64,000 nucleotides of DNA, taken from positions 640,001-704,000 of the forward strand of contig CAWDXE010000001.1 of assembly GCA_963806185.1 (NCBI GenBank). The letters run 5' to 3'. Below are positions 10,209 to 20,530 of this stretch, piece by piece. The first letter of the stretch is position 1, and each line of letters starts with the position of its first letter. This stretch comes from an uncultured candidate division Zixibacteria bacterium (GTDB lineage: Bacteria; Zixibacteria; MSB-5A5; GN15; FEB-12). The notes beneath the pieces are model-generated. The model was given only the letters and a program-made list of their open reading frames with translations. It made no database searches and had not been told where the DNA came from. The translations under genes were made by a program, and so were the position numbers.

Positions 10209-10751
10209 TCAATAAAGCGCCAGATTCACCGTAGCGTGGAGGGCTGTGAAGGAGTCACCTGTGGTGCCTCCATCTGTCAGATTTGCGCCGACCTCCATTT
10301 GGAAATGTCGGCCAAATTGATAGCCTCCGCCAACCGAGACTCCCACCCCTTCGAAGCCTACTCCTCCATATTCGCCGGTCAGTACTGCAAGGATTTCAAC
10401 GGTTGGTCCGCCAAAGACATAAAACGACCGACTGGTAGGGTTGGCATAATATCGAACGATCACTGAAGGTGCATTCCACATGAGAATGAGGTCGTTTGTT
10501 GGATGAATCGTAGAGTGACCGGAGTAAAGAACAAGCAGTTGATCCGAGATTCCCACGCCAATATCAAGTGTCGTCTCGATTCCATTCAGGTTTTGTTGGT
10601 CTGCTCCTATGTCGTGCGGAGACGTAATTGCTCCCCATCCGGCTCCGAATCCGAGATAAAAGCCCGTCCGTTTACCGTCAAACGCGGTCGCTGAGGAAAC
10701 GATCGTCAACAGAAATAGCATTCCGAGCGCGAATCGACCCTTTGGTATCAT
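10209..10751 (-). CDS. Small outer-membrane beta-barrel-like protein
   Basis: Signal peptide, 'FDGKRTGFYLGFGAGWG', alternating amphipathic strands, C-terminal aromatic residue. Confidence 0.6.
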   Translation of the reverse strand: MIPKGRFALGMLFLLTIVSSATAFDGKRTGFYLGFGAGWGAITSPHDIGADQQNLNGIETTLDIGVGISDQLLVLYSGHSTIHPTNDLILMWNAPSVIVRYYANPTSRSFYVFGGPTVEILAVLTGEYGGVGFEGVGVSVGGGYQFGRHFQMEVGANLTDGGTTGDSFTALHATVNLALY

Positions 10752-10839
10752 GATAAAATCCTTTCTTCACGCCAGTTCTTCCGTGGCGTCGGACACAGAT
10801 AACTCCAAGTCACATCTTCGCGCTCCGGCGGTTTATCAT

Positions 10840-13200
10840 TCATTGACACGCCGCCAGTGGAGTGAAATTAATAAACAGGTTGTGAATTAGCGCGGTCAGG
10901 TCGCCGACGTCCACTCCTCCGATTCCGTCGCAGTTGGCCTCAGCATCACAACAGAGCGGAGTGAAATTGATGAAGAGATTGTCTACGAGAGTGGTCAGGT
11001 CGCCGACGTCGACTTGACCCATCGCGTCACAATCGACATTGCCGGTGGCCCCGATACAGCAAGGATAAGCGTTCAGCTTTGTAACAAATACATCGTTGAA
11101 ACCACTCATGGAGGCCTGGAGTGGATTTTGAAGCGGGAAATTGGCGGAGTAAGTACGACCCATCACATAGGCGCTTCCCCCAGCGTCAATTGCGATTCCA
11201 GTGCCAAATTCATCGTCACTTCCGCCAAGAAACGTGCTGTAGACCAGCCCCGTACCCGCACTGTTCAATTTGGTGACAAAGGCATCGTCGTAGCCGCCAT
11301 GGAACATTTGGTAAGGGTCTTGGACGGGAAAATCTTCGGAATTAACACGCCCCGTTATATAGGCGTTGCCGGCAGCGTCAACCGCGATGTCGTTGGCGTA
11401 ATCATAGTCTCCGCTACTCCCCCCGAGATAGGTGCTGTAGACCAACCCACTGCCGACACTGTTGAGTTTGGTTACGAAGGCATCGGAGTAACCATCTTCA
11501 ACGGGCTGAAATGCATTTTCGATAGGGAAGTCAGTTGAATTGGTTCGACCGGTCATGTAGGCGTTCCCACTGGAATCGACTGCAACCCCGTAGCAGTAGT
11601 CTTCATCGTTCCCTCCGAGGTACGTACTATAAACCAGTCCGTTGCCCGTGGTGTTGAACTTGGTTACAAAGGCATCGACGTAAAAAACAAATGAGGCCTG
11701 GAATGGATTCTGGGTTGGGAAATCCGTCGAATAGGTGTATCCAGTTACATATGCATTCCCGTGAACATCCAGTGCGATTCCAGTACCTTGATCGTAGTCA
11801 GCTCCACCAAGAAAGGTGCTGTAGATCAGTCCACTGCCAGTGCTGTTGAATTTGGAGACGAAGGCATCGTAGTTGCCATCAAGGGAGCCGATGGACGCTT
11901 GGAAGGGATTCTGGGTAGGGAAATTCGCGGATTGGGTATTGCCCATGACAAAGGCATTGCCTTCAGCATCCGCCGCTATGTCGACGCTCCAATCAGCGCC
12001 GTTGGCTCCAAGGTACGTACTGTAAATCAGCCCAGTGCCAACACTGTTGAATTTGGTGACAAAGGCATCGGCGGTATCAATGCTTCCAAGAGCCGACTGG
12101 AAGGGATTCAGGGTCGGGAAGTTCGCGGAAGCGGTAACGCCAGTTACATAGGCATTCCCACCAGAGTCGACCACGATACCAAGGCCTCTGTCATAGCCAC
12201 TTCCCCCGAGATAAGTACTGTAGATCAATCCAACGCCGCTGCTGCCGATCTTAGTTATGAAAGCGTCGGTATAACCAATACCACCGTTGGATGCCTGGAA
12301 AGGACTTTGGGTAGGAAAGTTCGCAGAATAGGTTCCACCCGTTACATAGGCATTCCCTGCGACGTCGGTTGCAATGCCACCCTCCTCATTTTCGGAATTT
12401 CCTCCGCCAAGATAGGTGCTGTAGACTAAACTCACTGCATCTGCGCTTGAGGGAGCCGGCGAACACTGTGTCCGTGAATCAGATTCTGGCTGGTCCGCCA
12501 ACAGAACACCATTAAAGCGATGCTCACCCAGGGACGTCTGGACCCTCGCGAAGTTATCCCTCTGCACCACGGCGCTAATCGTTCCGCGATACTCGACTTT
12601 GACCTGTGCCAATTCGTCGGCGGAGAATGCTGCCATTTCCAAATTCAATCGACCATCAATGGCCGAACACGTCACGTCAACCCCCGGATACAGCCCATGC
12701 ATCGTAAGAGCGCTGTAGTTGGGGACCTCCGTTCGCCATTTCGAGTGATCATTGCCAATGAAATAGTTACACGTGTATTGCTGTTCCTCAAGGCCCATGA
12801 CCTCCACCGTTTCACTGGCACCAACAAACTCCGCCTTGATCATGGCCGTTTCGATGCTGTCGTGATCGTGATTGAACTTGCCGGGTAAGGCCTGGATGAT
12901 GTCAGCGGCAGGATCAGTGGCTGCGGCGGCCGCCGAAGATCTCTCCACTGTCCGGAAGAACTGATACCAGATACCATTCTTCGTGAACCACATCGTCGCC
13001 CCACTGGCATTGGCTCGGTACAGAATGCTATCGGGCCACTGGCCAAGATTCTTGGTAAATGCCAACGGTGAATCACCGAGGCTGCTAAGAACAGTGGACT
13101 TTTCTGGGACCGGCCGTGGATTGTCAGCCCACGCCGTCGCCACCAATACGAACGCCAGGATGCCCAGGAGGGGAATCGGAGTCAGTGCTCGATCGAACAT
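10840..13200 (-). CDS. Secreted SBBP (beta-propeller) repeat protein with dockerin-like C-terminal domain
   Basis: 'AFTKNLGQW' N-domain; repeats 'LVYSTYLGG..D.G.GIAVD..GNAYVTG.T.S.NFPTQNPFQ..DAFVTK'; CTD 'CC..GNVDCD..VDVGDLT.L..NLFINFTPL' twice; start chosen at MFDRAL (signal peptide). Confidence 0.88.
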   Translation of the reverse strand: MFDRALTPIPLLGILAFVLVATAWADNPRPVPEKSTVLSSLGDSPLAFTKNLGQWPDSILYRANASGATMWFTKNGIWYQFFRTVERSSAAAAATDPAADIIQALPGKFNHDHDSIETAMIKAEFVGASETVEVMGLEEQQYTCNYFIGNDHSKWRTEVPNYSALTMHGLYPGVDVTCSAIDGRLNLEMAAFSADELAQVKVEYRGTISAVVQRDNFARVQTSLGEHRFNGVLLADQPESDSRTQCSPAPSSADAVSLVYSTYLGGGNSENEEGGIATDVAGNAYVTGGTYSANFPTQSPFQASNGGIGYTDAFITKIGSSGVGLIYSTYLGGSGYDRGLGIVVDSGGNAYVTGVTASANFPTLNPFQSALGSIDTADAFVTKFNSVGTGLIYSTYLGANGADWSVDIAADAEGNAFVMGNTQSANFPTQNPFQASIGSLDGNYDAFVSKFNSTGSGLIYSTFLGGADYDQGTGIALDVHGNAYVTGYTYSTDFPTQNPFQASFVFYVDAFVTKFNTTGNGLVYSTYLGGNDEDYCYGVAVDSSGNAYMTGRTNSTDFPIENAFQPVEDGYSDAFVTKLNSVGSGLVYSTYLGGSSGDYDYANDIAVDAAGNAYITGRVNSEDFPVQDPYQMFHGGYDDAFVTKLNSAGTGLVYSTFLGGSDDEFGTGIAIDAGGSAYVMGRTYSANFPLQNPLQASMSGFNDVFVTKLNAYPCCIGATGNVDCDAMGQVDVGDLTTLVDNLFINFTPLCCDAEANCDGIGGVDVGDLTALIHNLFINFTPLAACQ

Positions 13201-13262
13201 CGGATGCTCTCTTTCTGTTTTCCTCCACAATGACGCGATGCATCTTTATCGTATATTCATCC

Positions 13263-15617
13263 TCACTGACACCCCGCCAGTGGTGTAAAATTGATAAACA
13301 GATTGTCAATAAGCCTGGTTAGGTCGCCAACGTCCACGCCTCCGCTGCCGTCGCAGTTGGCCTCGTCATCACAGCAGAGCGGAGTGAAATTGATGAATAG
13401 ATTATCAATGAGCGTGGTCAGGTCGCCGACGTCGACTTGATCCATCGCGTCGCAATCGACATTTCCCGAGGGGCCTGAGCAACAAGAATACGATCCAAAC
13501 TTTACTACAAAGGCATCGTAAGGCCGGTTTGTACTACCACCTCCAAATAAAGCCTGGAATGGATCCCGGGTTGGAAAATCCGAGGAGTAGGTTTCTCCCG
13601 ATAAAAAGGCATTCCCACCTGTGTCCACCGCGATGCCAAAGCCATAATCATAGCCATACGTACCTAGATATGTGCTGTAGACTAGTCCATTTCCGGCCTT
13701 GTTGAGTTTGGTGACAAATGCATCGGCAGTGCCGCCGTTGGACGCCTGAAATGGGCTCAAGATGGGATAGTTCTCAGACCCGGTACCGCCAGTTACATAG
13801 GCATGACCAGCGACATCGACCGCGATACCACTTCCCTGATCCCCGAGATTTCCTCCGAGGTAGGTGCTGTAAATCAGTCCACCGCCGGCACTGCTGAGCT
13901 TAGTCACAAAGGCATCGGATGTCCCACTAAGCGAGGCCTGAAGCGGATTCTGAGTAGGAAAGTTCGCCGATAGTGTGTAGCCCGTTACATATGCATTTCC
14001 CACCACGTCTACAGCAATTCCAAAGCCATACTCAGCCCCACTTCCTCCGAGATACGTGCCGTAAACAAGACCGTTACCGGAGCTATTTAGCCTGGCGACA
14101 AATACGTCCCTGTATCCGCCTCCCAGGGAGTCCTGAAAGGAATTCTGGGTGGGAAAGTTCGTGGATTCAGTCAAACCCATGACACAGACTTTCCCTGCGG
14201 AATCGACACCAATTCCATTGGCCCAATCATCGCCATCTCCCCCGAGATAGGTGCTGTAGATCAGTCCACTGCCAGCATTGTTTAGTTTGGTGACAAAAGC
14301 ATCGAAGGTACTGCCGAGAGAATCCTGGAAAGGATTCTTGGTGGGGAAGTTTTCGGACGTTACAACGCCCGTTACATAGGCATTTCCTTCGGCGTCAATC
14401 GCGATACCGCCTCCACCATCGTCGCGAATCCCTCCAAGAAACGTACTGTAAATCAGTGCACTGCCGTCATTGGTGATTTTGAGAACAAAAGCGTCGTTGT
14501 CGCCTCCTTTGAGCGCTTGGAATGGAGCCTGAGTCGGGAAATTTGCGGAATTGGTGCTGCCCGCCACACAGGCATTACCCTCGGCGTCGACCGCGATGCC
14601 TCGGCCGTAATCACTGTTACTTCCCCCAAAGTAAGAGCTGTAAACGAGTCCACTTCCGACAGTATTTAATTTGGCGACAAATGCATCGGACGAGCCACTA
14701 TCGATGTAAGCCTGATACGGATTCTGAGTCGGGAAATTCACGGAATAGGTCGAACCCGTTACATATGCATTTCCCTCGGTGTTGACAGCAACACTATACC
14801 CATAATCTCCGTCTTTCCCCCCAAGAAACGTACTGTATACCAGAGTCACTCCGCTGGCGGCCGACGTTGCGGATGAAATTTTGCTTGCCGATCTTGATTC
14901 AAACGCATCGGCCAACAAGGCACTTTTAAAGTGATGTTCGCCGAGCGACGTCTGAATGGTCGTGACATTGTCCCTCTGAAATGTTGAATCAACAGCCCCT
15001 TGGTAGTCGACTTTGACCCGAGCGAGAGCACCATTGGATGAGGCTTTCACCTCCTCTTGCAAATTACCGTTCCTGACCACGAATGTGATGTCCACCCCCG
15101 GGTAGAGCCCGCGCATCGTAAGAGCACTGTAATTGGGGACGTTCGTGCGCCACTTAGAGTGATCATTACCCATGAAGTAATTGCATTTGTAATCTTGTTC
15201 ATTGAGGCCAACAACTTCGACCGCCTCACTGGCGCCGACAAACTCCGCCTTAATCATGGTCGTTTCGATGCTGTCGCGAATGAGTCTGCCGGATGAAGCG
15301 TGAATTGCGTCAGCGGCAGGTTCAGTGGCTGCGGTGGCCGCCGAAGATCTCTCCACTGTCCGGGAAAACTGGTACCAGATACCGTTCTTGGTGAACCACA
15401 TCGTCGCACCATTGGCATTGGCCCGGAACAGAATGCTGTCTGGCCACTGGCCAAGATTCTTGGTGAACGCCATCGGCTTGAATGTGAGATCTTGCGAGCT
15501 TTGACTCGATTCTTTGTGTTGGATTGAGTCGATCGTCGAATTGGCCACGGCAACACTTGACACCAGGCCGAAAGTGGCTGCGACCAGGACCAACCGATTC
15601 ACGGTGGCAATAACCAT
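13263..15617 (-). CDS. Secreted SBBP repeat protein with dockerin-like C-terminal domain (paralog of 10840..13200)
   Basis: Same architecture; N-domain and CTD visibly similar to the neighbour at DNA level. Confidence 0.88.
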   Translation of the reverse strand: MVIATVNRLVLVAATFGLVSSVAVANSTIDSIQHKESSQSSQDLTFKPMAFTKNLGQWPDSILFRANANGATMWFTKNGIWYQFSRTVERSSAATAATEPAADAIHASSGRLIRDSIETTMIKAEFVGASEAVEVVGLNEQDYKCNYFMGNDHSKWRTNVPNYSALTMRGLYPGVDITFVVRNGNLQEEVKASSNGALARVKVDYQGAVDSTFQRDNVTTIQTSLGEHHFKSALLADAFESRSASKISSATSAASGVTLVYSTFLGGKDGDYGYSVAVNTEGNAYVTGSTYSVNFPTQNPYQAYIDSGSSDAFVAKLNTVGSGLVYSSYFGGSNSDYGRGIAVDAEGNACVAGSTNSANFPTQAPFQALKGGDNDAFVLKITNDGSALIYSTFLGGIRDDGGGGIAIDAEGNAYVTGVVTSENFPTKNPFQDSLGSTFDAFVTKLNNAGSGLIYSTYLGGDGDDWANGIGVDSAGKVCVMGLTESTNFPTQNSFQDSLGGGYRDVFVARLNSSGNGLVYGTYLGGSGAEYGFGIAVDVVGNAYVTGYTLSANFPTQNPLQASLSGTSDAFVTKLSSAGGGLIYSTYLGGNLGDQGSGIAVDVAGHAYVTGGTGSENYPILSPFQASNGGTADAFVTKLNKAGNGLVYSTYLGTYGYDYGFGIAVDTGGNAFLSGETYSSDFPTRDPFQALFGGGSTNRPYDAFVVKFGSYSCCSGPSGNVDCDAMDQVDVGDLTTLIDNLFINFTPLCCDDEANCDGSGGVDVGDLTRLIDNLFINFTPLAGCQ

Positions 15618-16009
15618 GATAGATTACTTTCTCCCAGAGGTTCTATGTGTGCGATGGAATCTTTGGGTCGAACGTGATTGAGAACGTACCAGCTTCAGTA
15701 AGGGTACTGATTCAGTATAGATTGAAACGGTCAGGTTACAAGACTTATTTTATCGAATTAGTGGTAATCGGAGGGAAGAGGCGCGAAGAAAGGTAATTTC
15801 TCAAGTGATTGGGGCTAGGAACCACGATAGCCCAAGGATGTAACCTGAAGATTACGAAAGAGATAGCGGTGTATACGGGTACGCCAGCCAGGGAAGGTGA
15901 AATGTCAGTGGTGGTCCCGCTCAGATTCCGAATTAGCGCTCAACAGGTAACTGTTAAAATCGACCGTCAAGTTCTTGGTCAACGACACCCGAGCGCTTGA
16001 CGGGATTTG

Positions 16010-16062
16010 TCAGGCCGCGTTTTCGATCACCCAGTTGCAGAACGCGTCTCGTCAACCCCGCA
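16010..16062 (+). repeat. Junction repeat family A, copy A5
   Basis: tcaggccgcgttttcgatcacccagttgcagaacgcgtctcgtcaaccccgca; minus strand reads RDAFCNWVIENAA*. Confidence 0.85.
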
Positions 16063-16078
16063 TTGATTGAAATGCAGT

Positions 16079-16109
16079 CCCCCTCGAAAAGGCCAGTCGG
16101 GGGGTTTTT
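16079..16109 (+). terminator. Rho-independent terminator directly after repeat A5
   Basis: ccccctcga-aaaggccag-tcgggggg followed by ttttt. Confidence 0.7.
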
Positions 16110-16195
16110 GTTTGTGGACCACCCGCAGCCGAGCTATGGGGTACCAAGTTTGAACCGCACGTCAGGCTCGGCCGTGCCAGTTATCGCGCCCGAGG

Positions 16196-16543
16196 TTAAT
16201 CCTGCCTGACTATATCGACTGAGATCTCCACTGCCGGAATCGTTCCTCTGTTCTCGAGCCAGTGTGTGGTGTTTCTATCCTCGGGCCAGCCCAGTCCCGG
16301 CCCATAGCCCGTAGCGACTCCATTTCGATGGTCAGTAATCGTTCCTTGCAGAATGTAGACTGTGCCAGGTCTGCCTTTATGGTCGTGAATCGGGCCGAAG
16401 ACGCCACCAGGCTCGATGGTCACCATACGCATTCGAAGTTGGCGCCCTTCCATGCCTTCGATCTCAGGGCCAAGGTCAACCGTAGCAAGTAACTTCACCG
16501 TAACACCTTTTGTCTCAGGTGCCACCTGTTCGTTACTCATCAT
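16196..16543 (-). CDS. Cupin-domain protein
   Basis: 'VTIEPGG..PIHDH..RPGTVYILQG', 'HWLENRG..AVEISVDI'; GAGGAG RBS. Confidence 0.85.
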   Translation of the reverse strand: MMSNEQVAPETKGVTVKLLATVDLGPEIEGMEGRQLRMRMVTIEPGGVFGPIHDHKGRPGTVYILQGTITDHRNGVATGYGPGLGWPEDRNTTHWLENRGTIPAVEISVDIVRQD

Positions 16544-16827
16544 GCTCTCCTCTCTATACCGTCAGGGCCTAACGGGAAGTAGATTCATTACTATCTGCCT
16601 TAGAATATGGATTATATCCACATTATCCACGATAGATCACAATATACCCGGCACCGGGGGACGTCGCAAGCGTATATACGGCAGCGGTCAATTGGTCGGC
16701 GGAATGGGCGGTCCTGATGGAGGACACGCCCAGGAGAAAAGTGAAAGCCCCGGTGTTTGGAGTGTTGAAATCCCTTAGTCGAATTGGATTCGAATGTCAT
16801 CCAACAACTGCCGTCATATCTGGCGCA

Positions 16828-16890
16828 TTACGGTCGGACCGGGAATCTTAAGGCGAAAAAAGTCTGGACAGAGTGAGGTTGGGCCCGCCA
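16828..16890 (+). repeat. Junction repeat family B, copy B1
   Basis: gggaatc..aaagtctggacagagtgaggttgggcccgcca(ttatc); minus strand reads WRAQPHSVQTFFALRFPVRP*. Confidence 0.72.
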
Positions 16891-17817
16891 TTATCATTTA
16901 AATAGCCCCATGCTATCTATACGACCATGCGTAATTGTGCATCCCGCCCCCCGTCCGCACTTGAAATCCATTTGGGTTAACAGAGATTTCCGGCGCCACG
17001 ATCGGCTCACCATCTGATTCTATAGACATTTAGCGCGCGGGGCGACCGACGCCCCCACGTTTCAAGACTCCCTCACTCACTGAACTTGCCGGGTAGCGTT
17101 CCTGGATTCGCATAGAACCTCGCTGCATCTGAAGTGTCCGTAGAGATCCGCGCGGCCACTTGCGCATCAGGTCCTCGCTGATTCGTAGAAGAAGGATTTC
17201 AGTGTACTCATAAAGTGTGGTCGCCAGACACTTACCGCATTGGGTCACACCGACAGTATGTCACTTGTTTTCCGCGCCGGTGTTGTGACAACCGTGACTC
17301 TTTCGGACAACACACCCTCTCCAGTCTACAGCTCACAACCGCTTTGGACAGTGTCCTTGGGGCTTTGAGTACCATCACTGCCTCCGGCGGCTCCTGGGAT
17401 TTGCCTACTCTGCGAATCCAACTGCTGACGGATCAGGGCATCAGTGTCTGGGTTCGGCTTCCGGGCCGGGGTACTTGGTTAGAATTCGTCGTCGTACGGG
17501 GCTAAGATAGAGGACACGTTTAATCCTTCTTGTCCCTTATCTTTGTCGTTGACAACCGGAGCTTTTTTACCATATTTATAGTAGGTGATTGAGCAGGTCA
17601 TCTTATACTCCGGACCGAGTACATCCGACGACAATTACTCTCCGGTGACCCCGACACGTAATACGTTACGAAATAGACACATCGGTAAGAGCTCCGCTCA
17701 TCACAGTTTGTGTGGTGAGGTGTCGAGCGTGGGTTGTGATGTGCTCTAAAATACGTGGATGGCTGCACCTACGAAACGAGCGACAATTGAAATCTCTAGA
17801 TAGTTCGAGGTGACACA

Positions 17818-19797
17818 ATGAATCGGTTTTCAATTTGGCTGGCCACAGCAGTGCTCTGGCTGCTGGCAACGTCGGTCTGGGCACTGGACCCTCATTTTCT
17901 TGCCCCTGTCGATTACACGGTCGGAAGTAATCCGCAGAGTTTGTGCATTGCCGACTTCAACAAGGACGGCAAGCCCGACCTTGCGACAGTCAACACTCTT
18001 GGCAATGACGTCTCGATACTGATGAACAACGGTGACGGCACGTTCGCCGCGGCCGTAAGTTATGCCGTTGGCACCCATCCGACGGCCGCTTGTATCATCG
18101 ACGTAGACGACGATAGTTGGCCGGATCTGGCAGTGACTAATTATGGTTCAGCCAGCATTTCGATTCTGATGAATCTGACTGATGGCACCTTCGACCCGGC
18201 GGTCAATTACAATTGTGGCATTCAACCCAACTCCATCTGTGCCGCCGACCTTGACGGCGACCTGAAGATTGACCTCGCAGTGGCAAACTTCGGTTCCGGC
18301 GACGTTTCAGTGATGATAAATCTCAACAACTCGAAGTTCCCGACAGCCGTTAGTTATGCAACCGGGAATAATCCCTTTTCCATTTGCTCCGCCGATTTCA
18401 ATGCCGACGGCAGGCCCGACCTGGCGGTGGTGAATGCCTCTGACAACAACGTGTCGATCCTCAGAAACACGGGAAGCGGGATTTATGCCGCCGCAGTAAA
18501 CTACCCGGTCGGAACCTATCCTGTGTCGATCGCTGCTGCCGATGTCAACGCGAACGGAACTGCGGATCTGGCCGTGGCCAATTCCGGATCAAACACGGCA
18601 TCGATACTCATCAACAATGGGGGCGGCGTATTTGCCGCGGCTGTTGACTACGACGCTGGAAGTTCACCCTCTTCAATTCTGGCGGCCGATCTGGACAAGG
18701 ACGGAAGGCCGGATCTGGCTGTGGCTAACATGACGGTCGACAGCATCTCTGTCCTGCGCAACAACGGCAACGGAACATATTCCGCCGCATTAACCCACGT
18801 CGCAGGGCTCGGACCGCAGTCGATCGGCAGTGCCGATATGAACGGCGACCTCATGCCCGACCTGGCAGTGGCCAACAGTTCTTCCTGGACCGTCTCGGTG
18901 CTGATAGGAGTTCGCCAGTGGAAGATAACCGCCTCGGCGGGTGCGAACGGGGCAATAGCGCCTACTGGAATCGTGGGCGTCTACGAAGGGACAGACCAAA
19001 CATTCGCGGTCAATCCGAACACCGGATACCACGTCGCCAATGTGATCGTCGATGGTTTGTCCATCGGACCGGTCACCAGTCATACGTTTTTCGGCATTGC
19101 CGGCAATCACACGATCAGTGCGACTTTTGCCATCAATACGTATACCATCACAGCATCAGCTGGTCCCAATGGATCGATTACCCCAAGCGGTATCACTGTC
19201 GTCAACTACGGTGGCGGTCAGACGTATAACATTGTGCCGGCAAGTTGTTACCATGTGTTGGATGTCACGGTGGACAGCGTTTCCGTTGGACCAGTGACGA
19301 CTTATCCATACACGAATGTGTCGGCAAATCACACCATTGAAGCGACGTTTGCAATCAACGTACACACGATTACAGCGACGGCCGGGATCCACGGTTCAAT
19401 CAATCCGAGCGGTCCCGTATCGGTTAACTGCGGATCGGACAAATCGTTTACCATAGTTCCGGACTCAGCTTTCTACGTAAAGGATGTCATGGTTGATGAC
19501 GTCAGTGTCGGAGCAGTGACCAATCACACGATCACTCATGCCGTCAAAGACTATACCATCGCGGCGACCTTCAGCTGTTGTGGCAATCTGACCGGCAACG
19601 TGGACTGCTCGACCGGTGACGGCGTCGACATCGGTGATCTAACGGCCTTGATAGACAATTTATTTATCACCTTCACGCCGCTGTGCTGCGAAGCAGAGGC
19701 CAACTGTGATGGCGTTGGTGGAGTGGATATTGGCGATCTCACGGCGCTGATTGACAACTTGTTCATCACTTTCACGCAGCTGGCGGCATGTCAGTAG
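17818..19797 (+). CDS. Secreted FG-GAP/VCBS-repeat protein with three Ig-like repeats and dockerin-like CTD
   Basis: Signal peptide; repeats 'ADFNxDGxPDLAVxN..VSILxNxGxGTF'; 'ITASAGxNGxIxPxG..Y.V.DV.VD..SVG' three times; CTD. Confidence 0.88.
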   Translation: MNRFSIWLATAVLWLLATSVWALDPHFLAPVDYTVGSNPQSLCIADFNKDGKPDLATVNTLGNDVSILMNNGDGTFAAAVSYAVGTHPTAACIIDVDDDSWPDLAVTNYGSASISILMNLTDGTFDPAVNYNCGIQPNSICAADLDGDLKIDLAVANFGSGDVSVMINLNNSKFPTAVSYATGNNPFSICSADFNADGRPDLAVVNASDNNVSILRNTGSGIYAAAVNYPVGTYPVSIAAADVNANGTADLAVANSGSNTASILINNGGGVFAAAVDYDAGSSPSSILAADLDKDGRPDLAVANMTVDSISVLRNNGNGTYSAALTHVAGLGPQSIGSADMNGDLMPDLAVANSSSWTVSVLIGVRQWKITASAGANGAIAPTGIVGVYEGTDQTFAVNPNTGYHVANVIVDGLSIGPVTSHTFFGIAGNHTISATFAINTYTITASAGPNGSITPSGITVVNYGGGQTYNIVPASCYHVLDVTVDSVSVGPVTTYPYTNVSANHTIEATFAINVHTITATAGIHGSINPSGPVSVNCGSDKSFTIVPDSAFYVKDVMVDDVSVGAVTNHTITHAVKDYTIAATFSCCGNLTGNVDCSTGDGVDIGDLTALIDNLFITFTPLCCEAEANCDGVGGVDIGDLTALIDNLFITFTQLAACQ

Positions 19798-19810
19798 AAT
19801 CTATCGAACG

Positions 19811-19842
19811 GAGGGCTGGCTTCGTTGGTGAAGCCAGTTCTC
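19811..19842. terminator. Hairpin between convergent genes (probable bidirectional terminator)
   Basis: gagggctggcttcg-ttgg-tgaagccagttctc. Confidence 0.55.
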
Positions 19843-19934
19843 CACGGTTCAGTCTCACAGCACCCAACAGTTGCTACGCGGCGTTTCTCAACCCGCCCGC
19901 GCCCCTCAAGCAGACCGGCGCAATCGGTCTTGGT

Positions 19935-20348
19935 TCAGTTGGCCTTCTGAACTCTGAAATTTACGGTACCTGTTACGCGGGTGAACCGCACCCTAAGTGT
20001 CCAGGGACCGGGTTCCGCGATTCCTCTCTGAGTTGTGCCAAAAGTTCCATTGGCGGTCAGGTCATGGCTATAGACCTGAGTGCCGAGAGAATCCAGTATT
20101 TCCAACGTCATCGTGCCGGAGGCGCCCGCGCTGGTAGACTGATTGACGGTAGCCGTATCGCCGGTGTTTCGCCAAGTGTAGTCCTTGGAGAAAGTGACGT
20201 TCTTCATGGCGGTCGCCTGGAACTGGAAGTTGTCTACCACATTTGTGATCTCCGGCTGATAGGGGGCTAATGGACTTGTCGACTTATCACTGCATCCTGC
20301 AGCAGCGACAACCAAGAGCAGCAGGCATGAGAAGATTGTGACTCTCAT
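19935..20348 (-). CDS. Hypothetical lipoprotein
   Basis: Lipobox 'VAAAGC'; beta-rich mature part; AAGGAG RBS. Confidence 0.7.
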   Translation of the reverse strand: MRVTIFSCLLLLVVAAAGCSDKSTSPLAPYQPEITNVVDNFQFQATAMKNVTFSKDYTWRNTGDTATVNQSTSAGASGTMTLEILDSLGTQVYSHDLTANGTFGTTQRGIAEPGPWTLRVRFTRVTGTVNFRVQKAN

Positions 20349-20530
20349 GATGATTTCTCCTTTCTTAAATACGAATCTGCGGTCTCATTAGATTACATGA
20401 CCAACCCACAGCCCGCCCATACGTCGAACCTCAGAATTCCGAATCCGTCGCGTCACTGCCAATTGCATTGCTCGAACTCCGAAATAAGACAGCCAGGAAA
20501 TCTGCCGGCCACTTCCCACATCTACCCGCC

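Noticed and set aside
10840..15617. Similar paralog segments as template/variable repeats of a diversity-generating retroelement
   Set aside because: No reverse transcriptase in the window, both copies are coding, and the differences are not confined to adenines.
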